Source: Paraspadella gotoi | Taxonomy: Eukaryota > Animalia > Chaetognatha | Direction of reading: 5' to 3' | NCBI GenBank assembly: GCA_051294375.1 | Contig: CM119271.1 | Coordinates: forward strand, 12,887,039 to 12,951,038 | DNA: 64,000 nt | Part shown: one piece after another, positions 61,101 to 64,000 of the stretch | Layout: each line of letters starts with the position of its first letter | Numbering within the stretch: position 1 is the first letter of the stretch | Position numbers and translations under genes: made by a program | The notes under the pieces: model-generated | Told to the model about the DNA's origin: nothing | Databases searched by the model: none | The model's input: the letters and a program-made list of their open reading frames with translations, nothing else

Positions 61101-63214
61101 AAAAAGTGATTAAAGGATAAATACTGCATCTGACTTACTCTTTCATGTGTCCTTTCACGCTCCAGGAATCAAAGAAAGTTGGGTCGGAATAAGCGACATT
61201 TGGTCCTTCGATTATCTCCAACACTCTTTCGATGGAGAACCAGTTGATAGGGTCGCTCCCCTTTCCATCGAAGATAATGTCAATGACCGCTTTGTAACTC
61301 GAGTCAATCTTTTTCCAAAAAACGAAGCGAATCTGAGATCGAGATTCAATTCTAAAAAAACATTGGCAGGCCCAAGATGAAACTCAGGGGATTTTATCAG
61401 TTGATTCAGTATGTTCAATTTAATAAATTGAACTAGTTTTGCCAAGCATGGGTAATGACGACTAATATATTATTTACAAAAACCTAAATTAATAGATCAA
61501 ATTTAAAAAAAAAAAGTTTCTACAGACCTTGCCTCCTTCAGCGAATGTGATTTTCCATTTATCAAAAGCTTGGTAGTCGATATAGGCCCCAGGCATATCA
61601 GAAGATTTTCCTAACTTTAAGCTTTCATTAGCAGCTGTTAAAGAAAGCTGTGTATCAACTTGTATTAGAAATATATATATATATATATCTCTCTCACTAA
61701 GGATTTCGTCGTACAAGTGAATTCCGCTTTCTCGCTCCACCATTGCTATGACACGTCCAAATAAATTTGGCCAGTGATTTCGTTGAGAGCAGCTACACAT
61801 CTTGGGGGGGAGGGAAAGTTTTATACTAGTGTTGTGGCAATTACTATTGAAAAAAAAAATATATATATATATCAATGTTTATGTTGACTAAGAACATTTT
61901 CATGTTTGACTTTTAGAATTTAAAAAAAAAAATTCAGAAAACTTTTTAAAAATTTTTAATTTGGTTTTTAAAATTAAAAAATTAAATAACCTAAGATTAT
62001 TCGCAAATTATTTTAGAAATGAGGGAAGTCATTTTAAAAAAACATGCTCTAATCTAAGTTTTTAATTTGTTTGGTTCTTTTATGACTCAATGTTATGAAT
62101 TTCCATTTCTTTTGTCACTAACCATTGTTGATGATTGGGTAAGCGCCGTTTCTTCTGGGTCGGTAACCATGTATAAGGCTCCTAAAGGGATTTACTTTTT
62201 AGTTGCGTCGCGAATACTTGCGGGGCAACTCTATAAGTCACTTTTCGGTCAGTCTGTCGGTCGAGCGGCCGGTCTGTCGGCTATATAGTTGCTCATTTGT
62301 TAAGACATCCAAAAAACCTCATATCTGATTGCGCCGCCTTCAGAAAATCCTAAATCTATAAAGAATAAAAGACAGAATTTCGATGCAGCGCGTGTCATAA
62401 ATACACAGGCTAAGAAAGTTATGGTAGTCATGTAGTAATGTCATGTTGCGTCATGTCACATCATGTCATGTCAGGAGAAATACACGTGAAATTAAAGTCA
62501 CTGCGGCGCAACACATTGGATGAACCAATCTTGTTTAGGTAATTATTTGATTCTGGCTTAGCCGAGAATATGACTGAATATGTATTTGTATCTTAAGATA
62601 TATGATATACTACCCTAAAGGAGTCTGTAGAGACGAAATTTCTTTTAATAGCAATACTGATCAATACATAATATTTCTCAATTTATGTCATTTATTTAAT
62701 ACGATTTGCTTTAATTCCTCAGTCCTTACCTCTTGGCTTGACGGGACAATCGGCGCTCCTCTTATTCATCCCTGTCTCATACTTTTCATTCTTCCGTTTT
62801 CCTAAAAAGAAAAAAAAATTGCTCTTTTTTTCGAGAGTGTCTTATTTCTGATCATCCTAATCCTGAACCGTAACCCTTAACCCTTATCCTTAATTTTTAA
62901 ACCTAACCTTTAACTCTAACCACTAGGACGTAACCCAAAACCCTAACCCTAATCACTAACCAAGTCCCTCACCCTAAACCCTTAATTTATTTCCTAATCT
63001 AATCCCTAACCTTTAACCTAATTATTAATTAAAAAAATTCATTCAATATCAAATTTAAGGTAGATTTGGGCATTCTGGAAAAATTAGGCCATAAAATGAT
63101 ATGAAATTAAAAAAAAAGTTTGAAAAAAAAATTCATCCATCTTGAATCTTTACCTCCCAGGACAAAATTTGATGGCGCCAACAACAACAAGAAAAACCAA
63201 ATGAAAAACTTCAT
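58107..63214 (-). CDS. Secreted Cys/Trp-rich protein of an uncharacterised invertebrate family, paralogue B (8 exons, 290 aa)
   Basis: Exons 63214-63154, 62801-62730, 62181-62123, 61800-61698, 61634-61528, 61332-61139, 59461-59378, 58299-58107; all GT-AG, same sizes and phases as A. Protein: MKFFIWFFLLLLAPSNFVLG-GKRKNEKYETGMNKR/SADCPVKPRGALYMVTDPEETALTQSSTMMCSCSQRNHWPNLFGRVIAMVERESGIHLYDEIL...IIFDGKGSDPINWFSIERVLEIIEG...RNFYISHWDTTCESSSG...FPRFGYSTTGFICVWNQKHCWDEADILAIYVMM*. Confidence 0.88.
58351..59110. mobile_element. Two family-2 HINE/DINE-like elements, tail to tail (58351-58947 on +, 58949-59110 on -)
   Basis: 5' end AAACAAGTTTGAGCAAACAATG, (GGAC)n and 3' end GTGGATTATAGAGCCGGAATCTGCTGT, immediately followed by the reverse-complement 3' end; inserted in an A-run that is empty in paralogue A (~50900). 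Confidence 0.65.
59481..59986. repeat. 88-bp minisatellite, ~5.7 copies, adjoining the exon-7 acceptor of paralogue B
   Basis: GAATGTCAAAAACAAG starts at 59493, 59581, 59669 and 59757 (88-bp period); the unit includes (AACATTAG)3. Confidence 0.9.
60645..61012 (-). mobile_element. HINE-like family 1 full-length copy nested in an older copy
   Basis: TTTTAGTTGCGCTGCGAG...GCTAGCGCC...GGCTAAGAAA...(CATGT)n...GCGCAACACATTTG...CTTGTT. Confidence 0.7.
62197..62536 (-). mobile_element. HINE-like family 1 full-length copy with a demonstrable empty site
   Basis: Inserted within a T-run (A: TACTGTTTTAGG; B: TACTTTTT[element]AGG) with no TSD; 5' subterminal GTTGCGCCGC is complementary to the GCGGCGCAAC-like arm of the 3' hairpin. 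Confidence 0.75.
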
Positions 63215-63417
63215 TTTTTTCCCTATTTTTCCTTTTATTTTCAAAAATGACAAAAAGGGGAAAAAATATTTAAAAAAAAAAAAAATAAAAAAAAAGAAAT
63301 TAAAAAAAAAAATACAGAAATCAAAAAAGAGTTTCGCGGTAAAACGAATGCCTAAGAAACTTTGCTAAGCCAATTGTTTTTAATGACTAGTAAAAAGTGT
63401 AGAAAAAAGAACAGTAA

Positions 63418-63802
63418 TTCCAATGTGACTTTATTTTCACGGATTTCCCTTTGATCACGTGATACGACATGACATGACATGAATAAAAAACTTTCTTTGC
63501 CCGTGTATTTCTGACATGCACCGAAATTCCGTCTTTTATTCCTTATAGTTTTAGTCGGTCGGTCACTTTTTGGTCGGTCAGTCGGGTCGGTCGGTATGTC
63601 CGTTCGTCGGTCTGTCACACTTACGCAAAAAACGCTCATAACTGGCCTATAGTAAGTTGCTCATTTGTTAAGAAAGGAAAAATAATCCTCAAATCTAAGC
63701 GACCGCTAGCGCCGCCTTCGGGAAATCCTAAAACTATATGGAAATGCCAATGCACGGGCGAAGAAAGTCATCGCGGCGCCAGACTTTGGATGAACCCATC
63801 TT
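63418..63802. mobile_element. Rearranged HINE-like family 1 pieces (5' part on +, 3' part on -)
   Basis: TTCCAATGTGACT...(GACAT)n...GCCCGTGTATT, then inverted GTCACTTTTTGGTCGG...GCTAGCGCCGCC...CATCTTGTT. Confidence 0.55.
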
Positions 63803-64000
63803 GTTTTCTCTCTTTCTCTCCCTCTTCTTTCTCCGCTCATTTCCTAGAAAAGCTTTTTTTTTTCCATTTTCACGATTATTCTAATTTCTTTTTTCTTCAT
63901 TTTTTTATCGTAAGCGTCTTTAGTTTAAAATCGCGAGAAACGGAAAGAATTATTTTCACACGACTAAAAATAATATGTTAATATTCTTCTTGTACGCATT

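Overview
AT-rich, microsatellite-dense nuclear DNA from an invertebrate animal (probably lophotrochozoan; inferred). About half of the window (~7.6-12.7 kb, ~16-23 kb and ~25.5-46 kb) looks like uncorrected long-read gap fill: insertion-rich duplicates of neighbouring sequence, bounded by six gaps of exactly 25 N. Supported content: (1) a 2-exon fukutin/LicD-family gene (3331-4935, +) plus a frameshift-riddled duplicate that is probably an artefact; (2) two genuine tandem 8-exon paralogues on the minus strand (50557-55943 and 58107-63214), invisible in the ORF track, each encoding a 290-aa secreted Cys/Trp-rich protein of an uncharacterised family, one more basic and one more acidic; (3) a 638-bp miniature LTR element (TRIM) whose LTRs carry a tRNA-like Pol III cassette, with PBS, PPT and 4-bp TSD (Helenus/Cassandra-type design); (4) a Ginger-like TGT..ACA foldback MITE, two Helentron-associated (HINE/DINE-like) families, an old foldback MITE, a CCA-ending tRNA-Leu 3' half, several tandem arrays, a possible hyperacidic mini-gene and a KR-punctuated 30-bp repeat. 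A very large inverted duplication centred at ~33.0-33.4 kb is most likely an assembly artefact.
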